Source: Amylibacter sp. (lineage in GTDB: Bacteria; Pseudomonadota; Alphaproteobacteria; Rhodobacterales; Rhodobacteraceae). From it: a stretch of DNA of 50,214 nt. The notes under the pieces are model-generated. The model searched no databases. It saw nothing but the letters and a program-made list of their open reading frames with translations, and was not told the origin of the DNA. The translations under genes and the position numbers were made by a program. The stretch lies in NCBI GenBank assembly GCA_041573315.1, contig JBFFQS010000001.1, positions 1-50,214 of the forward strand, written 5' to 3'. Positions 18,469-29,352 of this stretch are shown here, one piece after another; within the stretch, counting starts at the first letter, position 1, and each line of letters opens with the position of its first letter.

Positions 18469-19665
18469 TCAGCGGTAGCCGACCGTGGTCAACTTGCCAT
18501 CTTTAATCTCGATCTGTCGATAGTTGCCGGCGCTTTCGCCGACACCGATCAGCTCGACGTTGGAAGCGCCGACATAATCGATATCACCACCGCCTGCGAT
18601 GATTTCCAGCGCCTTGCCCAGCTCACCGGGCAGGATTTTCTCGCCAGGTGCGTTGGCCAAATCGGTGATCTTGTCCTTGTAGACCTGCGGGTCGGTCGAG
18701 TTGGCCGCCTGCATGGCCAGCAGCATCAGCGCTGCCGCGTCATAGGACTCGCCGGAATAAGGCGAGGTGGCGTCAAAGGCACCGGCGGCCAGCTCCACCA
18801 GCTTGTCGGCGCCGGGGCTGTCGGTACCGGGCGCCTGTCCAAAGGACCCGTTCAGATCCGGACCAATGGCGAGCGGCAGCGAATCACCGACCATGCCGTC
18901 GGGCAGAACGAACAAGTCAAAGGCGCCGGTGTCCAGCGAAGCCTGGATGATGCCTTTTCCGCCCTGGTCGATATAACCGGCCACCACGAGCGCTTCGCCG
19001 CCGGCCGAGGCCAGCGCGCCGACCTCGGCGGAATAATCCGCCTTGCCGTCTTCGTGCGATGCGTTGATCGTTACCGTGCCGCCAGCGGCCTCAAAGGCGC
19101 TCTGGAACGCATCGGCAAGGCCCTTGCCGTAGTCGTTGTTGGTATAGGTCAGCGCGACGGTCTTGATGCCCTTTTCCAGAACGATCTCGGTCATGACTTC
19201 GCCCTGGCGCGCATCCGAAGGCGCAGTGCGAAAGAACAGCCCGTTGTCTTCGACTGTGGTCAGCGCCGGAGAGGAGGCGGACGGTGAAATCATGACCATG
19301 CCATTAGGCACCGCCACGTTGCTCAGCGCCGCAGTGGTGACGCCGGAACAGTCGCCGCCGACGATGCCCGCGACCATGTCTGAGGTGATCAGCCGTTCTG
19401 CCGCGGCCGTGGCCGCCGCCGCGTCAACGCAGGTGGTGTCGGCGCGTACCGACTCGACCTTGCTGCCGCCCATGAACTTGCCGGAGTCCGAAACCTCGGT
19501 GATCGCCAGTTCCGCCGCCGGCGCCATCTGCGCCACCAGCGATTCAATCGGTCCAGTATAGCCCAGCAAGACGCCGATCTTCACGGTGCTGGAATGGCCG
19601 GCGGAATAAGCAGCGCCCGCCACCAGGCCGATAATGGCAGTTGAAGTTACAAGAAGTCTTCTCAT
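18469..19665 (-). CDS. ABC transporter periplasmic substrate-binding protein (LivJ/K-like)
   Basis: Signal peptide, FFRTAPSDARQG, NNDYGKGL, YDAA. First gene of the ABC operon. Confidence 0.9.
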   Translation of the reverse strand: MRRLLVTSTAIIGLVAGAAYSAGHSSTVKIGVLLGYTGPIESLVAQMAPAAELAITEVSDSGKFMGGSKVESVRADTTCVDAAAATAAAERLITSDMVAGIVGGDCSGVTTAALSNVAVPNGMVMISPSASSPALTTVEDNGLFFRTAPSDARQGEVMTEIVLEKGIKTVALTYTNNDYGKGLADAFQSAFEAAGGTVTINASHEDGKADYSAEVGALASAGGEALVVAGYIDQGGKGIIQASLDTGAFDLFVLPDGMVGDSLPLAIGPDLNGSFGQAPGTDSPGADKLVELAAGAFDATSPYSGESYDAAALMLLAMQAANSTDPQVYKDKITDLANAPGEKILPGELGKALEIIAGGGDIDYVGASNVELIGVGESAGNYRQIEIKDGKLTTVGYR

Positions 19666-19916
19666 CAGTTTTCTCCCATTGGAACCTTGTCCAAAATTTG
19701 GCCAGTGGTGTTTCCCCGCCGGCCATGTTGTTCGAAGCTGGACCCTTTGCGCTCAGATCCGGCCTCGCGATTGCCGGCAACCATGCCGTCGGGCGGGTTG
19801 CGTTGTCCAGAGAAAAGCTAATATTACCCTGCGATGCAACCAGATTTCGCTGTCGCACGTGGATCAGTCGCCCGGCCGGCATAACAAATCGAATCGCATG
19901 CCGGACCACTCTGGAC

Positions 19917-19945
19917 TTGCGCATTCGGATTAACATCATTATATG
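19917..19945 (+). promoter_or_regulatory. Putative sigma70 promoter of the rimP-nusA-infB operon
   Basis: TTGCGC-N17-TATATG, about 95 bp upstream of the rimP ATG. Confidence 0.55.
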
Positions 19946-20001
19946 AGCGTCAACAGCGGTAAGACTGGCCTCCACCCCCAGACTTCCATCGAAGAATTGC
20001 G

Positions 20002-20023
20002 ACGGGCTGCGGCCCGTTTTTTT
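20002..20023 (+). terminator. rimP-leader premature terminator (attenuator)
   Basis: ACGGGC-TGCG-GCCCGT followed by a T run, ending 15 nt before the rimP ATG. A GGGC/GCCC terminator upstream of rimP is a described leader element. Confidence 0.8.
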
Positions 20024-20038
20024 GTTTCCGGAGTTAGA

Positions 20039-20596
20039 ATGTCCGACCTCATCGCCAAAACAGCGATCGATAAACGACTTGCAGAAATCGTCCGGCCCGT
20101 GATCGAGGATCTGGGCTTTGAACTGGTGCGCCTGCGCCTGATGGCTGGCAAGACCCAGACGCTGCAAATCATGGCGGACCGCCCCGGCGGCGGCATCGAC
20201 GTGGACGATTGCGCGCTGATCTCGACAACAGTGTCCGCGACGCTGGACGTCGAGGACCCAATTGACGGCGAATACGCTCTGGAGGTTTCCAGCCCCGGCA
20301 TCGACCGGCCGCTGACCCGGCTGAAGGACTTCGATGCCTTCGAGGGCCATGAGGCCAAGATCGAAACCACCGAGCTGATCGACGGGCAGCGGCGCTTCAA
20401 GGGCCAGCTGCGCGGAACCGAGGGCGACGAAGTGCTGATCGAAATCCCGCAAGGGGTGATCGGACTGAAATTTGACTGGCTTGAAGATGCCAAGCTGGTG
20501 TTAACCGACGAACTGATCGCCGAAATGCTGAAGGGCCGCAAGGGCTTCGACGAAGCTGAATTCGACGAGATTGAAACCGAAGAGGACGCACAATGA
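20039..20596 (+). CDS. rimP: Ribosome maturation factor RimP
   Basis: [26 protein letters not shown]. Start MSDLIAK follows GGAG. Confidence 0.96.
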   Translation: MSDLIAKTAIDKRLAEIVRPVIEDLGFELVRLRLMAGKTQTLQIMADRPGGGIDVDDCALISTTVSATLDVEDPIDGEYALEVSSPGIDRPLTRLKDFDAFEGHEAKIETTELIDGQRRFKGQLRGTEGDEVLIEIPQGVIGLKFDWLEDAKLVLTDELIAEMLKGRKGFDEAEFDEIETEEDAQ

Positions 20597-22227
20597 GTAT
20601 TACCAGCGCAAACAGGCTTGAACTGCTTCAGATCGCGGATGCTGTCGCCCGTGAAAAACTGATCGATCCCGATCTGGTCATCCAGGCGATGGAAGAGAGC
20701 ATGGCAAAGGCCGCCAAGTCGCGCTACGGCGCAGAGCTGGACATCCGCGCCCATATCGACCGCAAGTCGGGCGAACTGACCATGACCCGCGTGCGTACCG
20801 TGGTTGACGAGGTCGAGGATTTCTCGACCGAGATGACCGTCGCAGAAGCCAAAGCCTATCTGGACGACCCGAAGGTCGGCGACCAGATCATCGACCAGTT
20901 ACCGCCGATGGATTTCGGCCGGATCGCGGCGCAATCCGCGAAACAGGTCATCCTGCAAAAAGTCCGCGAAGCGGAACGCGAGCGTCAGTACGAAGAATTC
21001 AAGGACCGTCAGGGCGAGATCATCAACGGTCTGGTCAAGCGGACCGAATACGGCAACGTCATCGTCGACGTGGGCCGAGGCGAGGCCGTTCTGCGCCGCG
21101 ACCAGTTGATCAACCGCGAGATGTTCCGCAACGGCGACCGCGTCCGCGCCTATATCAAGGAAGTCCGCTCCGAGCCCCGTGGCCCGCAGATATTCCTGTC
21201 GCGCACCGCGCCGGAATTCCTGGCCGGACTGTTCGAAATGGAAGTGCCCGAGATCTATGACGGCATCATCGAGATCAAGGCCGTTGCCCGCGATCCCGGA
21301 TCGCGCGCCAAGATCGGCGTTATTTCCTATGACAGCTCGATCGACCCTGTCGGAGCTTGCGTCGGTATGCGCGGAAGCCGCGTTCAGGCCGTCGTCAACG
21401 AGCTGCAAGGCGAGAAAATCGACATCATTCCGTGGAACGAAGACGCGCCGACCTTCCTGGTCAACGCGCTTCAGCCCGCCGAGGTCACCAAGGTCGTACT
21501 GGACGAGGATGCCGACCGGATAACCGTTGTCGTCCCTGACGAGCAACTGTCGCTGGCCATTGGGCGGCGCGGCCAGAACGTGCGCCTGGCCTCGCAGCTG
21601 ACCGGACTGGACATCGACATCATGACGGAATCCGATGAGTCCGAACGCCGTCAGGCCGAATTCGAGGAACGCTCGAAACTGTTCATGGACACCATGAACG
21701 TGGACGAGGTCGTGGCTCAGCTGCTGGTGTCCGAGGGATTTGCAACGCTGGAAGAGGTTGCCTATATCGATATCGACGAACTTCTGTCGATCGACGGGTT
21801 CGATCAGGACACCGCCGAGGAACTTCAGGCCCGCGCCCGCGAGTCGCTGGACGAGATAAACTCCAAGGCGCTGGCGGAGGCCAAAGAACTTGGCGTCGAA
21901 CAGAGCCTGATCGATTTCGAGGGCCTTACTCCGCAGATGCTGGTTGCCTTGGCCAAGGATGGCGTCAAGACGATCGAGGATTTCGCGACCTGTGCGGACT
22001 GGGAACTTGCCGGCGGTTACACGACCGTGGACGGCGAGCGGGTCAAGGACGAGGGCGTACTGGAGTCTTTCGACGTCTCGCTGGCCGAAGCGCAGGAACT
22101 GGTGATGAACGCCCGCCTGCAACTCGGCTGGGTCACTGAAGCCGATCTGCACCCCGGGGAAGAAGAGCCCGAAGACGCAGAAGAAGGTAACGAAGAAAGC
22201 GCCGAAACCGGGGAGGCCGGGGCCTGA
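20593..22227 (+). CDS. nusA: Transcription termination/antitermination factor NusA
   Basis: [14 protein letters not shown]1 domain, [33 protein letters not shown], two acidic C-terminal repeats. Confidence 0.98.
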   Translation: MSITSANRLELLQIADAVAREKLIDPDLVIQAMEESMAKAAKSRYGAELDIRAHIDRKSGELTMTRVRTVVDEVEDFSTEMTVAEAKAYLDDPKVGDQIIDQLPPMDFGRIAAQSAKQVILQKVREAERERQYEEFKDRQGEIINGLVKRTEYGNVIVDVGRGEAVLRRDQLINREMFRNGDRVRAYIKEVRSEPRGPQIFLSRTAPEFLAGLFEMEVPEIYDGIIEIKAVARDPGSRAKIGVISYDSSIDPVGACVGMRGSRVQAVVNELQGEKIDIIPWNEDAPTFLVNALQPAEVTKVVLDEDADRITVVVPDEQLSLAIGRRGQNVRLASQLTGLDIDIMTESDESERRQAEFEERSKLFMDTMNVDEVVAQLLVSEGFATLEEVAYIDIDELLSIDGFDQDTAEELQARARESLDEINSKALAEAKELGVEQSLIDFEGLTPQMLVALAKDGVKTIEDFATCADWELAGGYTTVDGERVKDEGVLESFDVSLAEAQELVMNARLQLGWVTEADLHPGEEEPEDAEEGNEESAETGEAGA

Positions 22228-22249
22228 TCGCAGGTCCCGGAGCTTACCC

Positions 22250-22885
22250 GTGACGCGGGGCGGTCGACACTCAGATACGGAAGGTTCCGAACGCCGCTGT
22301 ATAGCGCGTATGGAGAGTCTGCCCAAAGAGCGGATGATCCGCTTCGTGCTGTCGCCGGACAATATCGTGACACCCGATATTGCCGGACGGCTTCCGGGCC
22401 GGGGCATCTGGGTCGCCGCAGAGAAGAAGGCGCTGAAAAAGGCGATTGCGCGCAACCTTTTCGCGCGCGCCGCCAAGGCGCCGGCGAAAGTGCCCGGAGA
22501 TTTGCTTGAACTGGTGGAGTCTCTGCTGGTCTCGCACCTGATCTCGCTGATCTCTCTGGCCCGCAAGGGCGGCAGTGCGGTGGCCGGTTTTGACAAGTGC
22601 AAGTCGGCTCTGATATCTGAGCAGGCAATTGCACTGATCCAGGCAAGCGACGGGTCAGAAGGACAAAAGCGCAAATTGCGCCCTCCAGAGGGCGAAAATA
22701 CCTATATTTCATGCCTAAAAGGCGACGAATTGGGTTTGGCTTTTGGTCGGGAACATGTGATACATGCGGCGCTGCTGCGAGGGGGACTCAGTAAACGGGT
22801 CCTGCTTGAGGCAAACCGCCTTGCCGGAGTACGCGGCGAGGTCGCCGCAAACAAAGGCGAAACAGGCCGGCAAGACCGGCGTTGA
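22250..22885 (+). CDS. YlxR/DUF448 RNA-binding protein with an L7Ae-like C-terminal half
   Basis: [18 protein letters not shown], then LARKGG..V.GF and [16 protein letters not shown]. Lies between nusA and infB. Confidence 0.88.
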   Translation: MTRGGRHSDTEGSERRCIARMESLPKERMIRFVLSPDNIVTPDIAGRLPGRGIWVAAEKKALKKAIARNLFARAAKAPAKVPGDLLELVESLLVSHLISLISLARKGGSAVAGFDKCKSALISEQAIALIQASDGSEGQKRKLRPPEGENTYISCLKGDELGLAFGREHVIHAALLRGGLSKRVLLEANRLAGVRGEVAANKGETGRQDRR

Positions 22886-22901
22886 AAGGAAGATGATACG
22901 T

Positions 22902-25418
22902 ATGAGTGACGAAAACAAAGGCGACAAGAAAACCGGCAAGCCCCTGACCCTGCGCGGCGGGACAGAGACCAGCCGTGTGCGCCAAAGTTTCTCTCATGGG
23001 CGGACAAAATCTGTTGTCGTCGAAAAGAAACGCAAGCGTGTCATCGTGCCCGGCAAGCCCGGCACGCCCGGCGCCACCACGTCCAGCGGTGTGAAGAACG
23101 CCCCGCGTCCGGTCGGTATTTCCGACGCGGAAATGGACCGGCGCATCAAGGCGCTGGAAGCCGCTGCCGCTCAGGAAAGCGAACGCCAGGCCCGCGAAGC
23201 CGCTGAAGCCAAGGAGCGCGAAGAAGAGCGCGAACAGCGCCGGACCGAGCTGCAGGAAAAAGAACGCGAAGAGCAGGAACGCCAGGAGGCGATCGCCGCG
23301 CGCGCGCAGGAAGAGCAGGAACAGGAGGCCGAAACCAAGAAGGCCGCCGAGAAGCCCGCTAAGCCTGCGAAGGCCGCCGAGGTCGAGGAAGACCATGCAG
23401 CGGCGCAGGTCGCCGCCGCGAAAGCTGAATCCGGCAAGCCTGTCATCAAGCGCGAGAAGGAACAGGAAGAACAACGCAAGGCTCCGCGCCCGACAAAGGG
23501 CGCCGGACCGGGCGACCGGCGCAGTTCCGGCAAGCTGACCATCACGCAGGCCCTGCGCGGCGCAGAAGGCGGGCGGCAACGCTCGATGGCTTCGATGAAG
23601 CGCAAGCAGGAACGCGAACGCCGCAAGATGATGGGCGAGTCGCAAGACCGCGAAAAGGTCGTGCGCGACGTTCAGGTGCCAGAGGCGATTACAGTTCAGG
23701 AACTCGCCAACCGCATGGCCGAACGGTCCGCGGCAGTGGTCAAGGCGCTTATGAACAACGGCATCATGGCTACCCAGAACCAAACCATCGACGCCGACAC
23801 GGCAGAGCTGATCGTCGAAGAATTCGGCCACCGCGTCGTGCGTGTATCGGATGCCGACGTTGAGGATGCGATTTCTTCGGTCGAGGACAAGGAAGAAGAC
23901 CTGCAGCCGCGCGCCCCCGTGATTACGATCATGGGTCACGTTGACCACGGCAAGACCTCGGTTCTGGACGCAATCCGCAAGACCAACGTCGTCTCCGGCG
24001 AAGCCGGCGGCATCACCCAGCACATCGGCGCCTATCAGATCAGGACCGACGACGACCATGTTCTGACCTTCCTCGATACGCCCGGCCACGCCGCGTTTAC
24101 GTCCATGCGTGCCCGCGGCGCGCAGGTGACGGACATCGTTGTTCTGGTGGTTGCGGCAGACGACAGCGTGATGCCCCAGACCATCGAGGCAATCAACCAC
24201 GCCAAGGCTGCCGGCGTTCCGATGATTGTCGCCATCAACAAGATCGACAAGCCCGGCGCTGATCCCACCCGCGTGCGCACGCAGTTGCTGCAGCACGAGG
24301 TGGTTGTCGAGGAAATGTCCGGTGACGTGCTGGATGTGGAAGTCTCCGCCAAAACCGGCGATGGCCTCGACAAGCTGATCGACGCCATCGTGCTGCAGTC
24401 CGAACTTCTGGAACTCAAAGCCAACCCGGACCGCCCGGCGCAGGGCGCCGTGATCGAGGCCAAGCTGGACACAGGCCGCGGCCCGGTTGCCACGGTTCTG
24501 GTTCAGGCCGGTACGCTCAAGAAAGGCGACATCTTTGTCGTCGGCGAACAGTTCGGCAAGGTCCGCGCACTGATCGACGATCAGGGCAAGCAGGTAACCG
24601 AGGCTGGTCCGTCTGTTCCGGTCGAGGTTCTGGGCCTGAACGGCACGCCCGAGGCCGGCGATATCCTGAACGTGGTCGCCAGCGAAGCGGAAGCCCGTGA
24701 AATCGCCGATTACCGCGCCCAGGCCGCGAAGGACAAGAAAGCCGCCATCGGCGCGGGCACGACGCTCGACCAGCTGCTGGCCAAGGCCCAGGCGGACAAA
24801 AACGTCAACGAACTGCCGATCGTGGTCAAGGCCGATGTCCAGGGCTCCACCGAAGCCATCATCCAGGCAATGGAAAAGGTCGGCAACGAAGAGGTTCGCG
24901 TCCGCGTCCTGCACGCCGGTGTCGGCGCAATCACCGAGAGCGACGTGACCCTTGCCGAAGCCTCCGGCGCGCCGATCATCGGCTTCAACGTGCGGGCAAA
25001 CGCGCCTGCACGGAACGCCGCCAACCAGAAGGGTGTCGAGATCCGCTACTACTCGATCATCTACGATCTGGTAGATGACGTTAAAGCGGCTGCCTCTGGC
25101 CTGCTGTCCGCAGAGATCAAGGAAAGCTTCATCGGCTATGCCACGATCAAGGAAGTATTCAAAATCACCGGCGTCGGCAAGATCGCCGGCTGTGAGGTCA
25201 CCGAAGGCGTTGCCCGCCGCGATGCCGGCGTTCGCCTGCTGCGCGACAACGTCGTGATCCACGAAGGCAAGCTGAAGACCCTGAAACGCTTCAAGGACGA
25301 AGTCAAAGAGGTTCAGGGCGGTCAGGAATGCGGCATGGCGTTCGAGAACTATGACGATATCCGCGAAGGCGACGTCATCGAGATTTTCGAAACCGAGGAA
25401 ATCGAACGGACGCTGTAA
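22902..25418 (+). CDS. infB: Translation initiation factor IF-2
   Basis: [48 protein letters not shown]. Start set at MSDENK (alternative ATG at 22893). Confidence 0.98.
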   Translation: MSDENKGDKKTGKPLTLRGGTETSRVRQSFSHGRTKSVVVEKKRKRVIVPGKPGTPGATTSSGVKNAPRPVGISDAEMDRRIKALEAAAAQESERQAREAAEAKEREEEREQRRTELQEKEREEQERQEAIAARAQEEQEQEAETKKAAEKPAKPAKAAEVEEDHAAAQVAAAKAESGKPVIKREKEQEEQRKAPRPTKGAGPGDRRSSGKLTITQALRGAEGGRQRSMASMKRKQERERRKMMGESQDREKVVRDVQVPEAITVQELANRMAERSAAVVKALMNNGIMATQNQTIDADTAELIVEEFGHRVVRVSDADVEDAISSVEDKEEDLQPRAPVITIMGHVDHGKTSVLDAIRKTNVVSGEAGGITQHIGAYQIRTDDDHVLTFLDTPGHAAFTSMRARGAQVTDIVVLVVAADDSVMPQTIEAINHAKAAGVPMIVAINKIDKPGADPTRVRTQLLQHEVVVEEMSGDVLDVEVSAKTGDGLDKLIDAIVLQSELLELKANPDRPAQGAVIEAKLDTGRGPVATVLVQAGTLKKGDIFVVGEQFGKVRALIDDQGKQVTEAGPSVPVEVLGLNGTPEAGDILNVVASEAEAREIADYRAQAAKDKKAAIGAGTTLDQLLAKAQADKNVNELPIVVKADVQGSTEAIIQAMEKVGNEEVRVRVLHAGVGAITESDVTLAEASGAPIIGFNVRANAPARNAANQKGVEIRYYSIIYDLVDDVKAAASGLLSAEIKESFIGYATIKEVFKITGVGKIAGCEVTEGVARRDAGVRLLRDNVVIHEGKLKTLKRFKDEVKEVQGGQECGMAFENYDDIREGDVIEIFETEEIERTL

Positions 25419-25436
25419 CAGCGGTGCTTCACGGAC

Positions 25437-25469
25437 AAAAAGGGCGGTTACAACCGCCCTTTTCTTTTT
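25437..25469 (+). terminator. Intrinsic terminator after infB (possibly bidirectional)
   Basis: AAAAGGGCGGT-TACA-ACCGCCCTTTT followed by CTTTTT. Confidence 0.88.
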
Positions 25470-25532
25470 CGTGACCGGCTATGGAATACCCAAGGGAAAC
25501 CCATATATTGAGTCGACAGAATCGAGGTACGC

Positions 25533-26093
25533 ATGTCTGAACAACAGAAATTCCCCGGATGGCACGGCACGACAATTATCGGCGTCAAGAAAGGCGGCAA
25601 GGTCGTCGTCGCGGGCGATGGACAGGTCAGTCTGGGCCAGACCGTGATCAAGGGCAGCGCCCGCAAGGTGCGCCGCATCTCGCCCGGCGGACACGACGTG
25701 GTTTGCGGCTTTGCAGGATCGACCGCCGATGCCTTTACCCTGCTCGAACGGCTGGAGGCGAAATTACAGGCCTCTCCGGGCCAGCTGGCCAAGGCCTCGG
25801 TCGAACTGGCCAAGGACTGGCGCACCGACAAATACCTGCGCAATCTGGAGGCGATGCTGATCGTCACCGACGGCCGCGATCTTTTCGTGATCACCGGCGC
25901 AGGCGACGTTCTGGAACCCGAAAACGATATCGCCGCCATCGGATCGGGCGGCAACTACGCGCTGGCAGCCGCCCGCGCATTGGCCGACGGCAAGGACGAC
26001 GCCGAGGCGATCGCCCGCAAGGCGCTGGCCATCGCGGCCGAGATTTGCGTCTACACCAACGGCAACCTGACGGTAGAAACCATCGAAGGCTAG
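25533..26093 (+). CDS. hslV: ATP-dependent protease peptidase subunit HslV
   Basis: HGTTI (catalytic Thr), [34 protein letters not shown]. Confidence 0.97.
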   Translation: MSEQQKFPGWHGTTIIGVKKGGKVVVAGDGQVSLGQTVIKGSARKVRRISPGGHDVVCGFAGSTADAFTLLERLEAKLQASPGQLAKASVELAKDWRTDKYLRNLEAMLIVTDGRDLFVITGAGDVLEPENDIAAIGSGGNYALAAARALADGKDDAEAIARKALAIAAEICVYTNGNLTVETIEG

Positions 26094-26148
26094 AGCGCTC
26101 TGGCAAACGCCTGCGGACCCGACCTTTGACCGAAAAAAGGCCAAACCC

Positions 26149-27459
26149 ATGACCAACCTGACCCCCCGGGAAATCGTGTCCGAACTGGACCGTTTCATCA
26201 TCGGCCAGAAAGATGCGAAACGCGCGGTCGCCGTGGCGCTGCGCAACCGCTGGCGGCGCAAGCAGCTTGGCGACGATCTGCGCGACGAGGTCTATCCCAA
26301 GAACATCCTTATGATCGGCCCGACCGGCGTCGGTAAAACCGAAATCTCGCGCCGTCTGGCCAAGCTGGCCAAGGCGCCGTTCCTCAAGGTCGAAGCCACA
26401 AAGTTTACCGAGGTCGGCTATGTCGGCCGCGATGTGGAACAGATAGTCCGCGATCTGGTAGACGGCGCCATGGTCATGGTCCGCGAGCAGATGCGCGACG
26501 AGGTCAAGGCCAACGCGCACGGCTCGGCGGAGGAACGCGTTCTGGATGCGCTCTGCGGCGAAGATTCACGCGATCAGACCCGAGAGATGTTCCGCAAGAA
26601 ACTGCGCGACGGTATTCTTGACGACAAGATCATCGAGCTGGACGTCGCCGACACATCCAACCCGATGCAGATGATGGATATCCCGGGGCAGCCCGGCGGG
26701 GGCGGCGTGGGGATGATGAATCTCGGCGATCTGTTCGGAAAGGCGCTCGGCGGGCGCACCACGCGGCGCAAGATGACGGTTGCGGAATCCTATAAGGTGC
26801 TGATCAACGAAGAGGCCGACAAGCTGGTCGATCAGGAAGCGGTGACCAAGGAAGCGGTCAGCGCGGTCGAGGAAAACGGCATCGTTTTTCTGGACGAGAT
26901 CGACAAGGTCTGCGCCCGCGCCGACGCCCGTGGCGCAGACGTATCGCGCGAAGGCGTGCAGCGTGACCTGCTGCCGCTGATCGAAGGCACGACCGTCTCG
27001 ACCAAATATGGCCCCGTGAAAACCGACCACATCCTGTTCATCGCTTCGGGTGCGTTCCACATCGCAAAACCCTCCGACCTGCTGCCGGAACTTCAGGGCC
27101 GCCTCCCGATCCGCGTCGAACTGCGCGCCCTGACCGAGGCGGATTTCGTGCGCATCCTGACCGAGACCGACAACGCCCTGACGCGGCAGTACATCGCCCT
27201 GATGAACACCGAAGAGGTGGATGTCGAGTTTACCGAGAACGGCATCTCGCAGATCGCCAAGATCGCCGCCGAAGTCAACGAGACCATCGAGAATATCGGC
27301 GCACGCCGTTTGCATACGGTGATGGAGCGGGTCTTCGAGGAGTTGAGCTTTACCGCGCCGGATCGAAGCGGCGACAAGGTGACCATCGACAGCGCGTTTG
27401 TAGAGGAACATCTGGGCGAGCTGGCAAGGTCACCGGATATCAGCCGGTATGTGCTTTAA
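26149..27459 (+). CDS. hslU: ATP-dependent protease ATPase subunit HslU
   Basis: [49 protein letters not shown]. Confidence 0.98.
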   Translation: MTNLTPREIVSELDRFIIGQKDAKRAVAVALRNRWRRKQLGDDLRDEVYPKNILMIGPTGVGKTEISRRLAKLAKAPFLKVEATKFTEVGYVGRDVEQIVRDLVDGAMVMVREQMRDEVKANAHGSAEERVLDALCGEDSRDQTREMFRKKLRDGILDDKIIELDVADTSNPMQMMDIPGQPGGGGVGMMNLGDLFGKALGGRTTRRKMTVAESYKVLINEEADKLVDQEAVTKEAVSAVEENGIVFLDEIDKVCARADARGADVSREGVQRDLLPLIEGTTVSTKYGPVKTDHILFIASGAFHIAKPSDLLPELQGRLPIRVELRALTEADFVRILTETDNALTRQYIALMNTEEVDVEFTENGISQIAKIAAEVNETIENIGARRLHTVMERVFEELSFTAPDRSGDKVTIDSAFVEEHLGELARSPDISRYVL

Positions 27460-27538
27460 CCAATTTCGCGGCTAGCGAACGCAGGTCACCCGCCTTTTCC
27501 ACGTGACACCGCCTCAAAACGGTGCCAATCATCCGCAC

Positions 27539-28771
27539 ATGGCGATAACTGAATTCCTCAGAACCAACGTCCGTTGGCTGTCGGCAGGCGTGCTGCTGAA
27601 CTTTTCCACGAGTTTCGGCCAGACATTCTTTATCTCGATTTTCGCCGGCCAGATCATGCTGGATTATGGGCTGAGCAACGGCGACTGGGGCCGGATTTAC
27701 GGCACCGGCACGCTGGTCTCCGGCTTGCTGATGATCTGGGCGGGGGCTTATACCGACCTCTACCGCGCGAGGTCGCTGTCGGTCGCCATGTTCTGCATGA
27801 TGTGTGCGTTCTGCCTGGCGATGGCGTTCAACACCAACGCGGCGCTGTTGATCGTCATCATTTTCGGGCTGCGATTCAGCGGTCAGGGCATGCTCAGCCA
27901 TATCGCCATGGTCGCTATGGCGCGCTGGTTCGTCGGCGGCCGAGGCAAGGCGGCGGCGATTTCGCGGCTTGGGTTCTCGTTCGGCGAGGCGCTGCTGCCG
28001 GTTCTGTTCGTGGCTCTGATGGCCTATACCTCGTGGCGGTCGCTCTGGGCAGTGTCCGCCGTCGTGGCACTGCTGTTCATCCTTCCGCTTCGCTATCTGC
28101 TGTCGGAAGAGCGCACGCCGCAGTCTGTCGCCGAAGAAAGCCACGCGGTCGGTATGTCCGGAAGGCACTGGTCAAGGTCGCAGGTCCTGCGGCACCCGCT
28201 GTTCTGGCTGGTCCTGCCCGCCATCGCCGCGCCACCCATGATGGGAACGGCCTTCTTTTTCCAGCAGGTCTATTTCGCCGATATCAAGGGCTGGGAACAT
28301 GTCCATCTGGTAGCGCTGTTTCCGTTTTATACGCTGACCACGGTTTTCTCGCTGCTGCTGGCCGGGGCCGCCATCGACCGCTGGGGCAGTTCCGTGATGA
28401 TGCCGCTGTTCCAGCTGCCCATGGCCGTCGCCTTCGTGGTTTTCAGTCAGGCCACCAGCCTGAGTTGGGCCATGGTCGGCCTGGTGCTGCTGGCCCTGAT
28501 GCAGGGCGCCTACGGCGTCGTGCCGCTGGCCTTCTGGTCGGAATACTACGGCACCCGTCACATTGGATCGATCAAGGCGATGGCAGCGGCGGTAATGGTG
28601 GTGGCATCCGCTATCGGTCCGGCCCTGACCGGCGCGCTGATCGATCTTGGCATCAGCTTGACCGTTCAGATGCTCTGGATTGCTGTCTATGTCGTCATAG
28701 CCTGCGCTCTGGTCTATATCGGAGTGTTGCGCGCCAAACCGACGTTACAGCACGCTAGCGTCTCCGCCTGA
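27539..28771 (+). CDS. Major facilitator superfamily transporter
   Basis: About 12 hydrophobic segments, SFGQTFFISIF, G...DRWG loop motif. Start set at ATG 27539. Confidence 0.85.
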   Translation: MAITEFLRTNVRWLSAGVLLNFSTSFGQTFFISIFAGQIMLDYGLSNGDWGRIYGTGTLVSGLLMIWAGAYTDLYRARSLSVAMFCMMCAFCLAMAFNTNAALLIVIIFGLRFSGQGMLSHIAMVAMARWFVGGRGKAAAISRLGFSFGEALLPVLFVALMAYTSWRSLWAVSAVVALLFILPLRYLLSEERTPQSVAEESHAVGMSGRHWSRSQVLRHPLFWLVLPAIAAPPMMGTAFFFQQVYFADIKGWEHVHLVALFPFYTLTTVFSLLLAGAAIDRWGSSVMMPLFQLPMAVAFVVFSQATSLSWAMVGLVLLALMQGAYGVVPLAFWSEYYGTRHIGSIKAMAAAVMVVASAIGPALTGALIDLGISLTVQMLWIAVYVVIACALVYIGVLRAKPTLQHASVSA

Positions 28772-29348
28772 GATAAACGTAAAACGCGCCCTTGCCGCCG
28801 TGTTTCGGATGGGCCTGCGTCACTTGCAGGACAATCCCTGAAAGAGCCCCGGAGCGCAGCCAGTCGGGCAGGGATTCCCGAAGCACACCCGACCGGGGCC
28901 GGTTGAACTCGTCGATATGGGTCCGCTTGCCCTTGCCGGTGATCACCAGCACCAGCCGCGCGCCACGGGCATGCGCCCGCTGCAGCGACAGTACAAGTTG
29001 CTGGCGGGCCTGTTCCGCCGTCATTCCGTGCAGGTCCAGCGTCACGTCGATTTCGAGCCTGCCTTTCAGAAGTCTCTGAAAATTCCGCTTGTCCATATTG
29101 GGCGAAACCTTGGCCGCTGCCTCGTCGATGGCCGGTCGCCGGTCCGGTGGCGCGGTCTCGGTCTTCTCGCCGATCCGGAACGGCTTTATCGGCACGCGCG
29201 GTTCCCGCTTTGGCGACGCTTTCTTCGGTGGAAAGATGGCCGGTGCCGCCGGCTTTTTTCGTTCAGGGTGCAGTGGGTCGACACGCTCGGTCAGCCTGTT
29301 CCACAGCTGGCGGTCATCGTCGCTGAGCTGGCGTTTCTTGCGCGCCAT
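28755..29348 (-). CDS. Smr domain protein
   Basis: LDLHGMT, LVITGKG, HGGKGAFYVYL. Start moved to MARKKR. Confidence 0.92.
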   Translation of the reverse strand: MARKKRQLSDDDRQLWNRLTERVDPLHPERKKPAAPAIFPPKKASPKREPRVPIKPFRIGEKTETAPPDRRPAIDEAAAKVSPNMDKRNFQRLLKGRLEIDVTLDLHGMTAEQARQQLVLSLQRAHARGARLVLVITGKGKRTHIDEFNRPRSGVLRESLPDWLRSGALSGIVLQVTQAHPKHGGKGAFYVYLRRRR

Positions 29349-29352
29349 TGCC

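Noticed and set aside
19943-20038. In-frame upstream ATG extending RimP, or a leader peptide
   Set aside because: The ATG overlaps the predicted -10 element, so it is unlikely to be transcribed, and it has no RBS.
22788-25262. 824 aa ORF antisense to infB (likewise the 591 aa ORF at 20899-22674 antisense to nusA, and many other shadow ORFs)
   Set aside because: Codon-aligned antisense frames stay open in GC-rich, codon-biased genes. They show no recognisable motifs and fully overlap confident genes.
27574-28758. 394 aa alternative-frame ORF over the MFS gene
   Set aside because: Its Arg/Gly/Ala/Pro-rich composition is typical of an off-frame GC-rich translation, and the MFS frame is complete.
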